A stretch of DNA of 64,000 nucleotides from Candidatus Pacearchaeota archaeon (GCA_018304025.1 JAGVXA010000004.1:9719-73718); one strand, 5' to 3'. Shown: positions 18,981 to 28,349, numbered from the stretch's first letter. Notes: generated from the letters alone by a model not told the origin. Made by a program: numbers and translations.

Positions 18981-20453
18981 TCAACCTTTAACCAAATCAA
19001 ATCTATAAATTTGGATATTGTTCTTGTTATAAACCAAATAGCCCTCTTTTTTAATTTTTGCTTCTCCACCAATTTCTTCACTATAATTTGTCGGAATGTA
19101 TGCCATCTCCCCCCTGTTAGCCCACAATCTAGTTCTATTACTAATAATTATGTACCTTACGGGTGAAGAACATCTTTGAACTTTCCAGTTAGGATCATAA
19201 TTTACATCTTCCAATATTTGCCTTTGCTTCGCACTCCACGTTTCTTGCGTGAATATTTCTCGCATCATATTCTCTCCTTCGGTGTCGAAGTTAGCGCCTT
19301 CTTTTTTAGACACAGATTTAGATATCAATAAAGTAATGGGATCTGAAATTAAACATTCCTTGCTAGATGACAACATTTCTAACGAAGAAAACGCTTCAAC
19401 TTCGGCGGGATCTATTCTTTCAACAGAAATCTTGGAGAGATTCTTTATATTCTCCGTTAGACCAATAGACAAAAATACAAGAATCATTATTAAAACCAGA
19501 ATAACCTTTTTTTTCTTTAAAATAAAAATTGCTAGATAAATTCCAATAACACAAAAAAGAATAAAGAGGGGCACTAACCTCTTGGTATGGTATGGCAAAA
19601 ATAAGATTAAAGAACCTAATGAGACTAAAGATATTATAATATTCTGATTTAAACTTTGTTTTATTTTAGAAAACAAAAACGGAATAAAAATTAGTAGCAA
19701 TGGAAAAACCTTCAACTCTTTTAAAAATTGAAGAGAGGTTTTTGTCGAATATAATGAGTTAATATCAATTTTAGAGAGTAATTCAACTATTAAAATAAAA
19801 ACGAGAATAAAACTTAAAAAAATCACCCACAAAATAAACTTTTTCGGTATCTCTGAAAAGTTTCTTATTGTATAAGCTATGAACAAGGGGATAACAACAA
19901 ATAAAATAAGAAGATTCAAAAATATAGAAGCCACAGAAAAGATTAATAGGAGCAAAATATTTTTTTTCGAAAATTCTTTTGAAAAGTAGTTTACTGCTAA
20001 AATAAGAAAAGCCATAGAAAGTGTAGATGGAAGAAAATATGGAATACCTAACCAAAAGTTACTAGAGACAAATAAAGAGATAATCAACAAAGGGAGTATG
20101 GGTGCAAATTTTTTGTCATATGAATAAGCCAATTTATAGGTGCTGATAAAAATGAGCAACCCTGTCAAAACAGCCCCAATTTTATTTAGGACAGAGTATA
20201 CTAAGAGACCATCCCCACATAATATTCTAAATAGAGCGACTAGTGTTATCCAAGGATATTGGCTTCCAAAAAAATATGTATTGGTGTGTGTATTATAAAA
20301 AGAAAAATAACTAGCAGAATTATAATAAGATATTGCATCTTTAGAATTAACAAAAGTTATATCATAAAAAGAATAAAATAGATAAATAAAATATATAAAT
20401 AGAACGAATGCTATCAAAAGTTGCTTACTAAACCATTTATTTTGTCTTGTCAT
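18981..20453 (-). CDS. multi-pass membrane protein (GT-C/polymerase-like)
   Basis: About 11 TM helices plus soluble C-domain (ISDPIT); very AT-rich; inside the GT cluster. Confidence 0.65.
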   Translation of the reverse strand: MTRQNKWFSKQLLIAFVLFIYFIYLFYSFYDITFVNSKDAISYYNSASYFSFYNTHTNTYFFGSQYPWITLVALFRILCGDGLLVYSVLNKIGAVLTGLLIFISTYKLAYSYDKKFAPILPLLIISLFVSSNFWLGIPYFLPSTLSMAFLILAVNYFSKEFSKKNILLLLIFSVASIFLNLLILFVVIPLFIAYTIRNFSEIPKKFILWVIFLSFILVFILIVELLSKIDINSLYSTKTSLQFLKELKVFPLLLIFIPFLFSKIKQSLNQNIIISLVSLGSLILFLPYHTKRLVPLFILFCVIGIYLAIFILKKKKVILVLIMILVFLSIGLTENIKNLSKISVERIDPAEVEAFSSLEMLSSSKECLISDPITLLISKSVSKKEGANFDTEGENMMREIFTQETWSAKQRQILEDVNYDPNWKVQRCSSPVRYIIISNRTRLWANRGEMAYIPTNYSEEIGGEAKIKKEGYLVYNKNNIQIYRFDLVKG

Positions 20454-21402
20454 TTTTATATAGCGTGATAAACTCTTTAGCGAGACTTTTCCAAGATAAC
20501 TTTTTTTCAATTAATTTTTTTCCTGATTTACCCATCTTTCTCCGTTTCTTCGGATTTTTCAACAAATCAATTAAACTTTCTATATATTTCTTGTTTTCAT
20601 TCGTGCAAACACCAAAGTTATCTTCAGATATTATTTCTTTCACAGCACCAACATCATTGCTCACAACAGGTAATCCACAAGCCATCGCTTCAAGTATGGT
20701 GCCCGGATAGTTATCATGTAAAGAATAATAAACAAAAATATCTGATTTTTGCAGTATCTCTTTGGGATTAGGATGAAATCCAATAAACTCAACAGGAACA
20801 TCGTATTTCTTGGACTCTTCTTTTATCTTATCTAAGTAAGGCCCGCCGCCAACGACGACAAATTTGAATTTTTGTTTAGTCTTTTTCTTAACCTCTTCCA
20901 AAATCTTTAATAGTTCTAAAACGCCACGAGATTTTTCAGGAAAACTAAAACCAGTAACAGTTACTAAACATATTTTCTTAGAATTGTTACTATTTTTTAT
21001 ATTATATTCTTCCAAAAAAATTCCGGTGTTAATAACTTTGGCTCTGTTTAGATTTAACTCTTTTTTCATAAATTCACTAGACGTTGTAATCTCATTAGCT
21101 CTCTTTATAGCAAGGGGCCAAGTAAAATCCCATGGGTGGCTTTCTCGCCTGTAATCGCCGTGGATTGTTAACACGATTGGCTTACCTAAGAGATTAAAAA
21201 ATAATGGTACACTTGCTGCGTGAATCACATCAGCATCAGTCCAAAAAAATCTCTTAACTATCCCCCAGAAATTATGAATATTCCTCGCTTCAACTCCTTC
21301 TTTCTTCAAAGCCCTGACTAAATCATCTCCCCATTTCTGCGGTCCGCCAAATCTTATCGGCGTTAAAATATCAACCTTCAATTTCTTAATATCTTTTCCC
21401 AT
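20437..21402 (-). CDS. GT4 family glycosyltransferase
   Basis: DIFVYYSLHDNYPGTILEAMACGLPVVSNDVG. Confidence 0.9.
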   Translation of the reverse strand: MGKDIKKLKVDILTPIRFGGPQKWGDDLVRALKKEGVEARNIHNFWGIVKRFFWTDADVIHAASVPLFFNLLGKPIVLTIHGDYRRESHPWDFTWPLAIKRANEITTSSEFMKKELNLNRAKVINTGIFLEEYNIKNSNNSKKICLVTVTGFSFPEKSRGVLELLKILEEVKKKTKQKFKFVVVGGGPYLDKIKEESKKYDVPVEFIGFHPNPKEILQKSDIFVYYSLHDNYPGTILEAMACGLPVVSNDVGAVKEIISEDNFGVCTNENKKYIESLIDLLKNPKKRRKMGKSGKKLIEKKLSWKSLAKEFITLYKNDKTK

Positions 21403-22493
21403 TGTTTTATGATTTTCTCCCAATCAAATTTCTCCTTGATTAGATTATTTAAATTATTAGCATACATCTCCCTTTTAGTTCTGTTCATAACCATAAACTC
21501 AATTGCTTTCTTCAACCCGTTACTATCTTTTTCTTTAATCAAAATCCCCGTTTTTCCGTCGATAATTACTTCTCTCGTTCCCCCCGCATCAGTCGCAATT
21601 ACAGGCAGTCCAACAGCCCCCGCCTCAAGAACAGAAGTCGGCAAACCTTCAGAGTAAGACGGATTAACAAACAAATCTGATTTAGCCAATTCTTTCATAA
21701 CTTCTTTTCTGTCTTTCTCTCCAACAAAATTAATTCTATTCTTCAAATTCAATTTTGCGGTTAATTCCCCCAACTCTTTTCTATAAGGCCCGTCTCCAAC
21801 AATTGTCAATTTCAAATTCTTATCTTCTAGTTCAGCAAAAGCATTAATCAAATCTTGAACTCCTTTAGCGTAAATCAATCTGCCGACAAAAACTATATTC
21901 TTAATTTCTTTTTTTACTTTATACTTTGATTCTATATTAGCATTAACTCCATTAGGAATATAAGTTGCTTTTTTTCCGCCGAGATGTCCAACAAATTCGC
22001 ACGCCCTCGGAGATATTCCAATATTCTTTCTTGAATTTTTAACAATTAGACTACCGATAGAGTGGTCATAAATTCTATTCACCATACCAACAATCTTATT
22101 ATCGGTAACAGTATGGCAAGAGCCATGTTCAACATGAATCAACGGAACGTTGCTCTTCTTTGCAAACTTGTAACCTAAATAAGATGTCGTAAAAAATCTA
22201 GTGTGTGTGATAATAACGTCCCACTTCTTCATCCTCAATCCCTTCCAAATCCTAAAAAAATCTTTATTAAATGCAGGAAGAGGATAAGTTCCCCCAAGAA
22301 TATCAAAACCCGGAAGACGATAAATATCAAAATTCTTGTTTATCCTCTCATATTCTTTAACTTTAGACGTATTAATCGTAACCACGCTAATCTCATGCCC
22401 TCTCTTTGACATCTGCTCTGCAAATTGATAAATGTGATTTTCATATCCCCCCGCATAAGGATAAAAATGTCCTGCAAAAATCAGAATCTTCAT
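21378..22493 (-). CDS. GT4 family glycosyltransferase
   Basis: MKILIF...GGYE; FVGRLIYAKG; PSYSEGLPTSVLEAGAVGLPVIATDAGG. Confidence 0.92.
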   Translation of the reverse strand: MKILIFAGHFYPYAGGYENHIYQFAEQMSKRGHEISVVTINTSKVKEYERINKNFDIYRLPGFDILGGTYPLPAFNKDFFRIWKGLRMKKWDVIITHTRFFTTSYLGYKFAKKSNVPLIHVEHGSCHTVTDNKIVGMVNRIYDHSIGSLIVKNSRKNIGISPRACEFVGHLGGKKATYIPNGVNANIESKYKVKKEIKNIVFVGRLIYAKGVQDLINAFAELEDKNLKLTIVGDGPYRKELGELTAKLNLKNRINFVGEKDRKEVMKELAKSDLFVNPSYSEGLPTSVLEAGAVGLPVIATDAGGTREVIIDGKTGILIKEKDSNGLKKAIEFMVMNRTKREMYANNLNNLIKEKFDWEKIIKQWEKILRN

Positions 22494-22497
22494 CTCC

Positions 22498-22836
22498 TCA
22501 CTCCCCCTTCTGCATATTCTTAATCGCCAAAACCCTAACCATCTCCTCAATCCTCTTCTCATTCTCCTTCACAACTCTGAACAAATAAAAAACAATAAAC
22601 AGAAAAAACATGAATCCAATAATAGTATACAAATCAAAAACTCTCATAATGCTAAGGCTCTCCAAGAACAAGCCCAATTTTTTATTAAGAAAAATCCCGA
22701 AAATCCCTGCAGCCCAAACCAAAAACCAAAACAACGCAGACAATTTAGACAAACGCTTTGTCTTGTACGACGTGAAAGTAATATAAATCATAATAACCAA
22801 GAATACAACAGCCAGCACTTCAAACCCTGCAATCAT
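22498..22836 (-). CDS. DUF2304 family membrane protein
   Basis: 3 TM helices plus IEEMVRVLAI tail, directly after GT2 (typical pairing). Confidence 0.8.
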   Translation of the reverse strand: MIAGFEVLAVVFLVIMIYITFTSYKTKRLSKLSALFWFLVWAAGIFGIFLNKKLGLFLESLSIMRVFDLYTIIGFMFFLFIVFYLFRVVKENEKRIEEMVRVLAIKNMQKGE

Positions 22837-23519
22837 CCTCTTATCCTCCAGCTAATCATGTTCGCCAATATTTTAAGCCCGTCTATCGGAGTAGTCCCCT
22901 TGTAATCGTCGTTATAAATAGTTTCAACCTTCACTTCCGAATGCGAAAGATTATGCTTGGCCAAATTCTTCAGCATCTCTGTCTCGATAGCGTAGCCCTT
23001 GGACTCCCACGCAATCTTCGGATAAATATTTGTGTTGAAAGCGCGGTAGCCTGTCTGAGTGTCTGAAACTTTCGTCCCAAAAAAAAGTTGAGTAAGCTTA
23101 GTCAAAATCTTGTTTCCCATTCTCGAATGAAACGGCATCTCTTTGTTAAATTCTCTCACGCCGATAGCCAAATCAAACTTGTCCAGCTTTTCAAGCAGCT
23201 GCGGAATTTCATCAGGATTATGCTGCCCGTCGCCGTCGAGAGTCAGAATTATTTTAGCGCCAAGCCCGATTGCAGCTTCGCATCCTGTTTTCAAAGTAGC
23301 TCCCTTATGAAGATTTATGCAGTGCCGAAGAACAACCGCCCCCATCCTCCTTGCAATCTCCCCCGTATTATCCTTTGAAGCGTCGTCGACAACTATGACT
23401 TCATCAACATATTTCCTCGTCTCCCTGACAACATCCCCGATATACTTCGACTCGTTGTACGCGGGAATCACCGCGATAACTTTTTTGTTTCCCACGATTT
23501 CTCTAAGTTTCTTGTTCAT
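22833..23519 (-). CDS. GT2 family (DPM-synthase-like) glycosyltransferase
   Basis: IPAYNE, VVDDASKDNT, LDGDGQHNP, DTQTGYRAF. Confidence 0.93.
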   Translation of the reverse strand: MNKKLREIVGNKKVIAVIPAYNESKYIGDVVRETRKYVDEVIVVDDASKDNTGEIARRMGAVVLRHCINLHKGATLKTGCEAAIGLGAKIILTLDGDGQHNPDEIPQLLEKLDKFDLAIGVREFNKEMPFHSRMGNKILTKLTQLFFGTKVSDTQTGYRAFNTNIYPKIAWESKGYAIETEMLKNLAKHNLSHSEVKVETIYNDDYKGTTPIDGLKILANMISWRIRG

Positions 23520-23593
23520 ATAATTCTTTTCATCCCCCCACTTTTAAACTTTCCGCTTATTACTATTTTATAATTACACAATTACGGCAAATC

Positions 23594-23724
23594 AAAACTC
23601 TCCCCTCCCTTTTTCGCTTCGCTCAAAACCCCTCCCCCAAATTCCCCAATTCCCCAACCCCAAAACCTCCCCCAATCAAAAGTTTTAATCCCTGCGTTTG
23701 TCGTCAAATTAAAGGAGTTGCAAA
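23594..23724. repeat. C-rich inter-cassette spacer 1
   Basis: CCCC tracts then aaaacctcccccaatcaaaagttttaatccctgcgtttgtc...aaaggagttgcaaa, shared with the block starting at about 26304. Confidence 0.8.
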
Positions 23725-23772
23725 AATCAGAATCATCCCAAAAGTTTAATATCCTATACGGCAATTAATTGT

Positions 23773-24630
23773 ATGATAAGTTTTATTTTAGCATGCTCAG
23801 ATGATCCCCTCAAACAAATAACAGAATGTCTGGATGTAACAGGACGAATCGAAAAAGAGTGTGAAAAAAATTCAAAGATAACTCTTGATTTATCTAGACT
23901 GGAATGGATTTTGCCCTGTTCTGCTTTGATTCTAAGCAATAAAATAAGCGAAGTCGCAGGGAAAGGATGTGCAATAACATTCATCAAACCAGAGAAACCT
24001 CAGGTAAAAAATTATCTCGAAAGTGTCGGCTTTCCGTTAGGAGGAGTTGGCACAAATGCAACTTACATGCCGATACATCACTTTAGCAGAAAAAAAGGCG
24101 AAGACTCAACCAAAATAATCGAAAAAGAAATGGAAGAGATTTACAGTGTTGTAGAAAAAAACTTGCCTTCCGAATTAAGCAGCGGAATTTATTATTTGCT
24201 TGGAGAACTTTCTGACAACATTGACCAGCATTCAAATTTTACCATTGTGTCTATAATGGTGCAGTATTACAAAAAGAAGGGGCATATAGATATTGGGGTT
24301 TTAGATAATGGCGAGACTATTCCAGGAGTATTCGAAAAAAATGGCATAAAATTCGAGAGAGATGAAGAAGCCATTAAAATGGCTTTGCAGGGAATCTCAA
24401 CAAAAGAAGGAGAAATAGGAAGGGGAAAGGGGCTGATAACATCTAAACGTTTGGTTCAGAAAGGTTTGAACGGAGAATTTTTTATTTTATCACGAAAGGG
24501 ATTTGTCAAAGCAGTAGGAGAGAAAACAATTTTTAACGAACTCGGCGGAAGATCTTTCAAAGGAACTTTAATTTACATGCGTTTTTCAGACCCAAGAAAA
24601 GGTTTAAATATTTACAAGTATGTAGAATAA
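23773..24630 (+). CDS. STAS-like + GHKL/HATPase_c protein (anti-sigma-kinase-like fold)
   Basis: N-terminal LDLSRLEWILP; ELSDNIDQHS (N box), DNGETIP (G1), GRGKGL (G2), FKGT. Confidence 0.82.
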   Translation: MISFILACSDDPLKQITECLDVTGRIEKECEKNSKITLDLSRLEWILPCSALILSNKISEVAGKGCAITFIKPEKPQVKNYLESVGFPLGGVGTNATYMPIHHFSRKKGEDSTKIIEKEMEEIYSVVEKNLPSELSSGIYYLLGELSDNIDQHSNFTIVSIMVQYYKKKGHIDIGVLDNGETIPGVFEKNGIKFERDEEAIKMALQGISTKEGEIGRGKGLITSKRLVQKGLNGEFFILSRKGFVKAVGEKTIFNELGGRSFKGTLIYMRFSDPRKGLNIYKYVE

Positions 24631-24631
24631 C

Positions 24632-24913
24632 ATGGTTTTACAAATTTCTTTATTTGAATATTTTGGAAGATTTATAGTCACTAGAAACGCGATGTCAAGG
24701 TTTCTGGATGAACTTAGCCGCGCTTCAGATAAAAACATTATCGTCGATTTTAAGGGAACTGAGTTTATTTCCCGATCCTGTGCAGACGAGTATATCCGGA
24801 GAAGAATTATTTTTAAAAAAAACATAACGGAAATTAATGTTAGCCCAACTGTTCTCTCCATGTTTAAATTAGTCAGAAGCCAGTATAAGAAAAATATGGG
24901 TTTAACAGCTTAA
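24632..24913 (+). CDS. STAS-like (DUF4325-type) protein
   Basis: IIVDFKGTEFISRSCADE with Ser at the STAS phospho-acceptor position. Confidence 0.78.
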   Translation: MVLQISLFEYFGRFIVTRNAMSRFLDELSRASDKNIIVDFKGTEFISRSCADEYIRRRIIFKKNITEINVSPTVLSMFKLVRSQYKKNMGLTA

Positions 24914-24968
24914 CTTCTCTTAGACAATTCATAAACAAACGGCGTAATCGCATCCTCTTTTCCATCTC

Positions 24969-25036
24969 AAAAACGCCGGCGCAAAAACCCCCAACCCCCC
25001 AAATTCCCCAAACCCAAATTCCCCAAAATCAAAAAA
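24969..25036. repeat. C-rich inter-cassette spacer 2
   Basis: aaacgccggcgcaaaaacc...CCCC tracts...attccccaaaatcaaaa, matching the left part of spacer 3. Confidence 0.75.
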
Positions 25037-25050
25037 GCTGCAGAAGAAAG

Positions 25051-25100
25051 TTTTATATAGCACATTAACCAAAAGTTAACATACATTAACTAATAGTTAA
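25051..25100 (+). promoter_or_regulatory. TATA box plus tandem palindromic operators
   Basis: ttttatata (25051) then TTAAC-N5-GTTAA at 25065-25079 and 25086-25100. Confidence 0.75.
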
Positions 25101-25109
25101 TATAACCAA

Positions 25110-25679
25110 ATGAAACCATCTAAAGAACAGGAAATAATTCGGAGAATATTCAAGGACTTTCAAACTTCCTACAATAGCCGGAGCATTAGCAAGCTAGTTG
25201 GACTTAGCCACGTGGGAGCTTTCAAAATTTTAAAAAAAATAGAAAAAAAAGGAATTGCATCCTCAAAAAAAATAGGAAACGCCGTCATCTATTCGTTAAA
25301 CCTTGCTAACCCCCTCGCACGAAAAGAAATAGAATTATCTCTCCTGATAGATGCTCAAAACCATAAACGCTGGCTGGAAGAATTCAAGGATTTAGAAAAT
25401 ATCTCTGACTTTGTTGTTTTGTTTGGCTCTGTTATCCGCAGCGAATCTTCTGCAAAAGACATAGATGTATTAGTCGTCGCAGAAAGAAGCAATTTCAGCA
25501 AAATAAAAGAAATAATCAAAAAGAGAAATGAAGTTTCAAATAAAAAGATTCATTTGATTCTGCAGGAGCCGGAAGAATTTAAAAAAGACTTAGACAGCAG
25601 AAACAAAGCAATCTTGGAAATAATCAAAACAGGAATTGTTTTGTTTGGACAGGACAATTTTGTACGGAAAATAAAATAA
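25110..25679 (+). CDS. wHTH + minimal nucleotidyltransferase (MNT antitoxin)
   Basis: N-terminal HTH (SISKLVGLSHVGAFKIL); VLFGSVIR...KDIDVLVV. Confidence 0.88.
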   Translation: MKPSKEQEIIRRIFKDFQTSYNSRSISKLVGLSHVGAFKILKKIEKKGIASSKKIGNAVIYSLNLANPLARKEIELSLLIDAQNHKRWLEEFKDLENISDFVVLFGSVIRSESSAKDIDVLVVAERSNFSKIKEIIKKRNEVSNKKIHLILQEPEEFKKDLDSRNKAILEIIKTGIVLFGQDNFVRKIK

Positions 25680-26188
25680 TGACTCACGCGTCTAACAAAG
25701 TTGAATGGTGCTTAAGAAAAGCCAGAGAAGAGAAAGAGCAGGAAAAGAAGCACAGAGGATTAGTCAAAATAAATCCCGATGTCGAAGAAGCCAGAAAGCA
25801 TATCGAGAAAGCAGAACACAATCTTCGGGCTATAAGTTATTTTAGCGTCGGAGGATTCTCTGACTGGAGTATGAGCGCAGCCTTCTATTGTATTTATCAC
25901 TGTTTCTTGGCAATAAGCATAAACTTAGGTTACGAAAGCAGAAACCAGGAATGCACAATTGCACTGATAAAATATCTTAAAGAAAAAGAAGAAATAGAAA
26001 TTGAAGACAGATTTATCAGCGCTTTGGAAATCTACGACGAACAGGGGCGGCACGAGTCAAATATAATTGAAAAAAGAGAATTATTTACTTACGGAACCAC
26101 AGTTTCAGCAGACAACAGCGAAATTGAGAAAAATGTCCAATTATGCAAAGACTGCTTGTATCAAACAAAGAAAATTATTTTCAAGTGA
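25679..26188 (+). CDS. HEPN domain protein (toxin)
   Basis: AEHNL...AAFYCIYH...SRNQECT; R-x4-Y (RELFTY); coupled to MNT. Confidence 0.85.
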   Translation: MTHASNKVEWCLRKAREEKEQEKKHRGLVKINPDVEEARKHIEKAEHNLRAISYFSVGGFSDWSMSAAFYCIYHCFLAISINLGYESRNQECTIALIKYLKEKEEIEIEDRFISALEIYDEQGRHESNIIEKRELFTYGTTVSADNSEIEKNVQLCKDCLYQTKKIIFK

Positions 26189-26216
26189 TTTTTTCATTAC
26201 TCTTCTTTTCCCCAGG

Positions 26217-26365
26217 AAACGCCGACGCAAAAACCAACAATTTCTCCCCCTCAACTTCCCTCCCAAATCCCCCAACCCCAAAACTCCCCAATTCCCCAAA
26301 ATCAAAACCTCCCCCAATCAAAAGTTTTAATCCCTGCGTTTGTCATCTAAAAAAGGAGTTGCAAA
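26217..26365. repeat. C-rich inter-cassette spacer 3 (composite of spacers 2 and 1)
   Basis: aaacgccgacgcaaaaacc + CCCC tracts + the ~60-bp block shared with spacer 1. Confidence 0.8.
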
Positions 26366-26414
26366 TCAAAAGCACAGTCTTAACATTTATTAACTTCTTT
26401 AGTTTGTTCAACAA

Positions 26415-26708
26415 ATGGTTTATTTATTTGAAGCAGTTGATAAAACCGGCAGAAAAATACATTTGTCAAAAGAAAGATGGACGCATATAAGAAAGAAACA
26501 TCCAGAAGTTGTAGATATAGACGAAATTGAAGAAACCTTAAAAAATCCCGATAAAGTTACTTTTCCTAAATTAGACGAAAACGCTGGCTTGTATTACAAA
26601 TATTTTAAACACAGACACTCACCTTACAAATATCTTCTCGTTTTAGTTAAATATTTAAACGGCGAAGGTTTTGTTATAACCTCTTATTACGAGGATAAAA
26701 TAAAATGA
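26415..26708 (+). CDS. RelE/BECR-fold putative RNase toxin
   Basis: ERWTHIRKKHPE...TLKNPD...GFVITSY. Confidence 0.75.
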   Translation: MVYLFEAVDKTGRKIHLSKERWTHIRKKHPEVVDIDEIEETLKNPDKVTFPKLDENAGLYYKYFKHRHSPYKYLLVLVKYLNGEGFVITSYYEDKIK

Positions 26709-26950
26709 CAGACACAATATACGAAATTTATTATGATAAAGAAGCAGATTTCTTAGAAGTATTTTTCGGAGAGCCGACACCGTGTTATGCTGAAGAACCA
26801 GAAGAAGGCGTTTTTATAAGAAAAGATGAAAACACAAACGAAGTAAAAAGTGTTGGAATACTTTCCTTCGGAAAGAGAGCGTATCTTCTTAAAAAATTAT
26901 TGCAAAATTTAAATAAAACCCTTCCTAACGAAATAGATATATCTGATTGA
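26705..26950 (+). CDS. DUF2283 family putative antitoxin
   Basis: IYYDKEADFLEV...GVFIRKD...VGIL. Confidence 0.8.
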   Translation: MTDTIYEIYYDKEADFLEVFFGEPTPCYAEEPEEGVFIRKDENTNEVKSVGILSFGKRAYLLKKLLQNLNKTLPNEIDISD

Positions 26951-27065
26951 ACATTTGAATCTCATCTCCCCATCCCCCCAAATTCCCCAACCCCTCCAAG
27001 AAATTTTCTCTTCATCATATTAAACCAAACCAAAAGTTTTATATGTTCTCATAATCTAAGTATCT

Positions 27066-27157
27066 TGTAAGTGAACCGGCTCCATAAAAGGTTTGTGTAT
27101 GCAGACTGGCCAGCGCGTATGCGTGTGATTGGTTGGGAAGGCCGCTACTCACTTACA
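27066..27157 (+). ncRNA. candidate ~92-nt structured small RNA
   Basis: TATA ttttatat at 27037; 9-bp closing stem tgtaagtga/tcacttaca; two internal hairpins both capped by GUAU; no ORF. Confidence 0.55.
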
Positions 27158-27195
27158 TTAATTTACCATTATTATTAATATTCTTTGTCTGCATA

Positions 27196-27435
27196 TCACT
27201 CAACTTCCCATTTATATTCCTTCTCAATTAATTGCTCTCTCAGCGCAAAAAGATATTCAGAATAATTCCGGCTGCGCAGTTCTTTGTCACCAATCAATCT
27301 CCTTAGCGCCCTGTGATCTTCGCACGCGTTTTGAATAATAACATCATTCTGCCCGTCGTAGATTCTCCCGCTCAAAAAAGCCAGAAAACTATTTGCTCTC
27401 ATCAGCAATTTCCGTTCTTCTGTTTTTCTTTTCAT
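27196..27435 (-). CDS. small hypothetical protein, paralogue 1
   Basis: RBS ggaggg, TATA gtttaaaa; clearly homologous to 28350-28592. Confidence 0.75.
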   Translation of the reverse strand: MKRKTEERKLLMRANSFLAFLSGRIYDGQNDVIIQNACEDHRALRRLIGDKELRSRNYSEYLFALREQLIEKEYKWEVE

Positions 27436-27502
27436 ACAAAATCCCTCCAATCAATAGTTTTAAACTTTCCGTTTATTGTCTAAGAAAGAGATTACAAAAC
27501 AT

Positions 27503-27904
27503 TCAGAAAGAAACCTGCCCAGGTTCTAATCTTTTTACTTGGGTTTTATCAAAATGCTTGTCAAAACTTACAATAGACAACGAATATTTTTTGCAAACAG
27601 CTAATTGAATAGAATCATCAAAATCAATCTGAAACTCTTTCATATCTTTAACAGCAGTTGATTCATCAGAAGTTACAGTATCCACCCGGATAATTTTACT
27701 TCGGGTAATAAATGAAAGAAAACTCTCCAGCGCTTCTGTCTTGTTATTTCTAGCCATGATTACTTCAATAGAATGCAAGGTGAAAGAACTGACGTAAAAA
27801 GAGTCTTTGCTTTTGTCAATGCTCTTCAAAAAAGATTCGCATTCATCCGCCCTTTCTTGATTAAGGAGAACCTCTAAGAATATATTTGTATCGATTAAAT
27901 ACAT
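27503..27904 (-). CDS. vapC: PIN-domain VapC toxin
   Basis: YLIDTNIFLE...DFDDSIQ...SFDKHFD. Confidence 0.92.
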   Translation of the reverse strand: MYLIDTNIFLEVLLNQERADECESFLKSIDKSKDSFYVSSFTLHSIEVIMARNNKTEALESFLSFITRSKIIRVDTVTSDESTAVKDMKEFQIDFDDSIQLAVCKKYSLSIVSFDKHFDKTQVKRLEPGQVSF

Positions 27905-27905
27905 T

Positions 27906-28103
27906 TTACCACTTATCTTTTATTTCGTGCTGTAAATCAACTGACTTTTTATTTACATTTTTTAACGCGCCGCGCCAAGACAATTTCTCGTCTTTTTCCG
28001 GGATAATTTCAATTTCAATAATCATTCCATTTTTCAAGTTCACTCTACTCAAAGGCACAAAATGCCCGTTCACAAATTTAACTTTTATTTCTTTAGGTTC
28101 CAT
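27906..28103 (-). CDS. DUF104/AF2212-like antitoxin
   Basis: IKVKFVNGHFVPLSRVNL...SVDLQHEI; directly upstream of vapC. Confidence 0.8.
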   Translation of the reverse strand: MEPKEIKVKFVNGHFVPLSRVNLKNGMIIEIEIIPEKDEKLSWRGALKNVNKKSVDLQHEIKDKW

Positions 28104-28146
28104 AATCGCTTTAGCGCGTTTACATTTATATAATTTTCGTTTTTCT

Positions 28147-28308
28147 GATACTGTAAACTTATCAGGATAAACCCTTCAAGTTGTTATATCTTAATCTATC
28201 TTAAACCTCAAAACATATCAATAACGAAGATAAATCAAATCCAGATAATTATTTTAGTTATTAACGAAACAGAAAATTTTTGTCATGTCTCGTTATCTTA
28301 ACAATATC
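28147..28308. mobile_element. MITE copy C
   Basis: TIRs gatactgtaaa/ttaacaatatc; flanks cgtttttct/cctttttct (8/9 duplication). Confidence 0.8.
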
Positions 28309-28349
28309 CCTTTTTCTTTTCTCAAATCTCTCTTCCAAAAATCTCCTCT

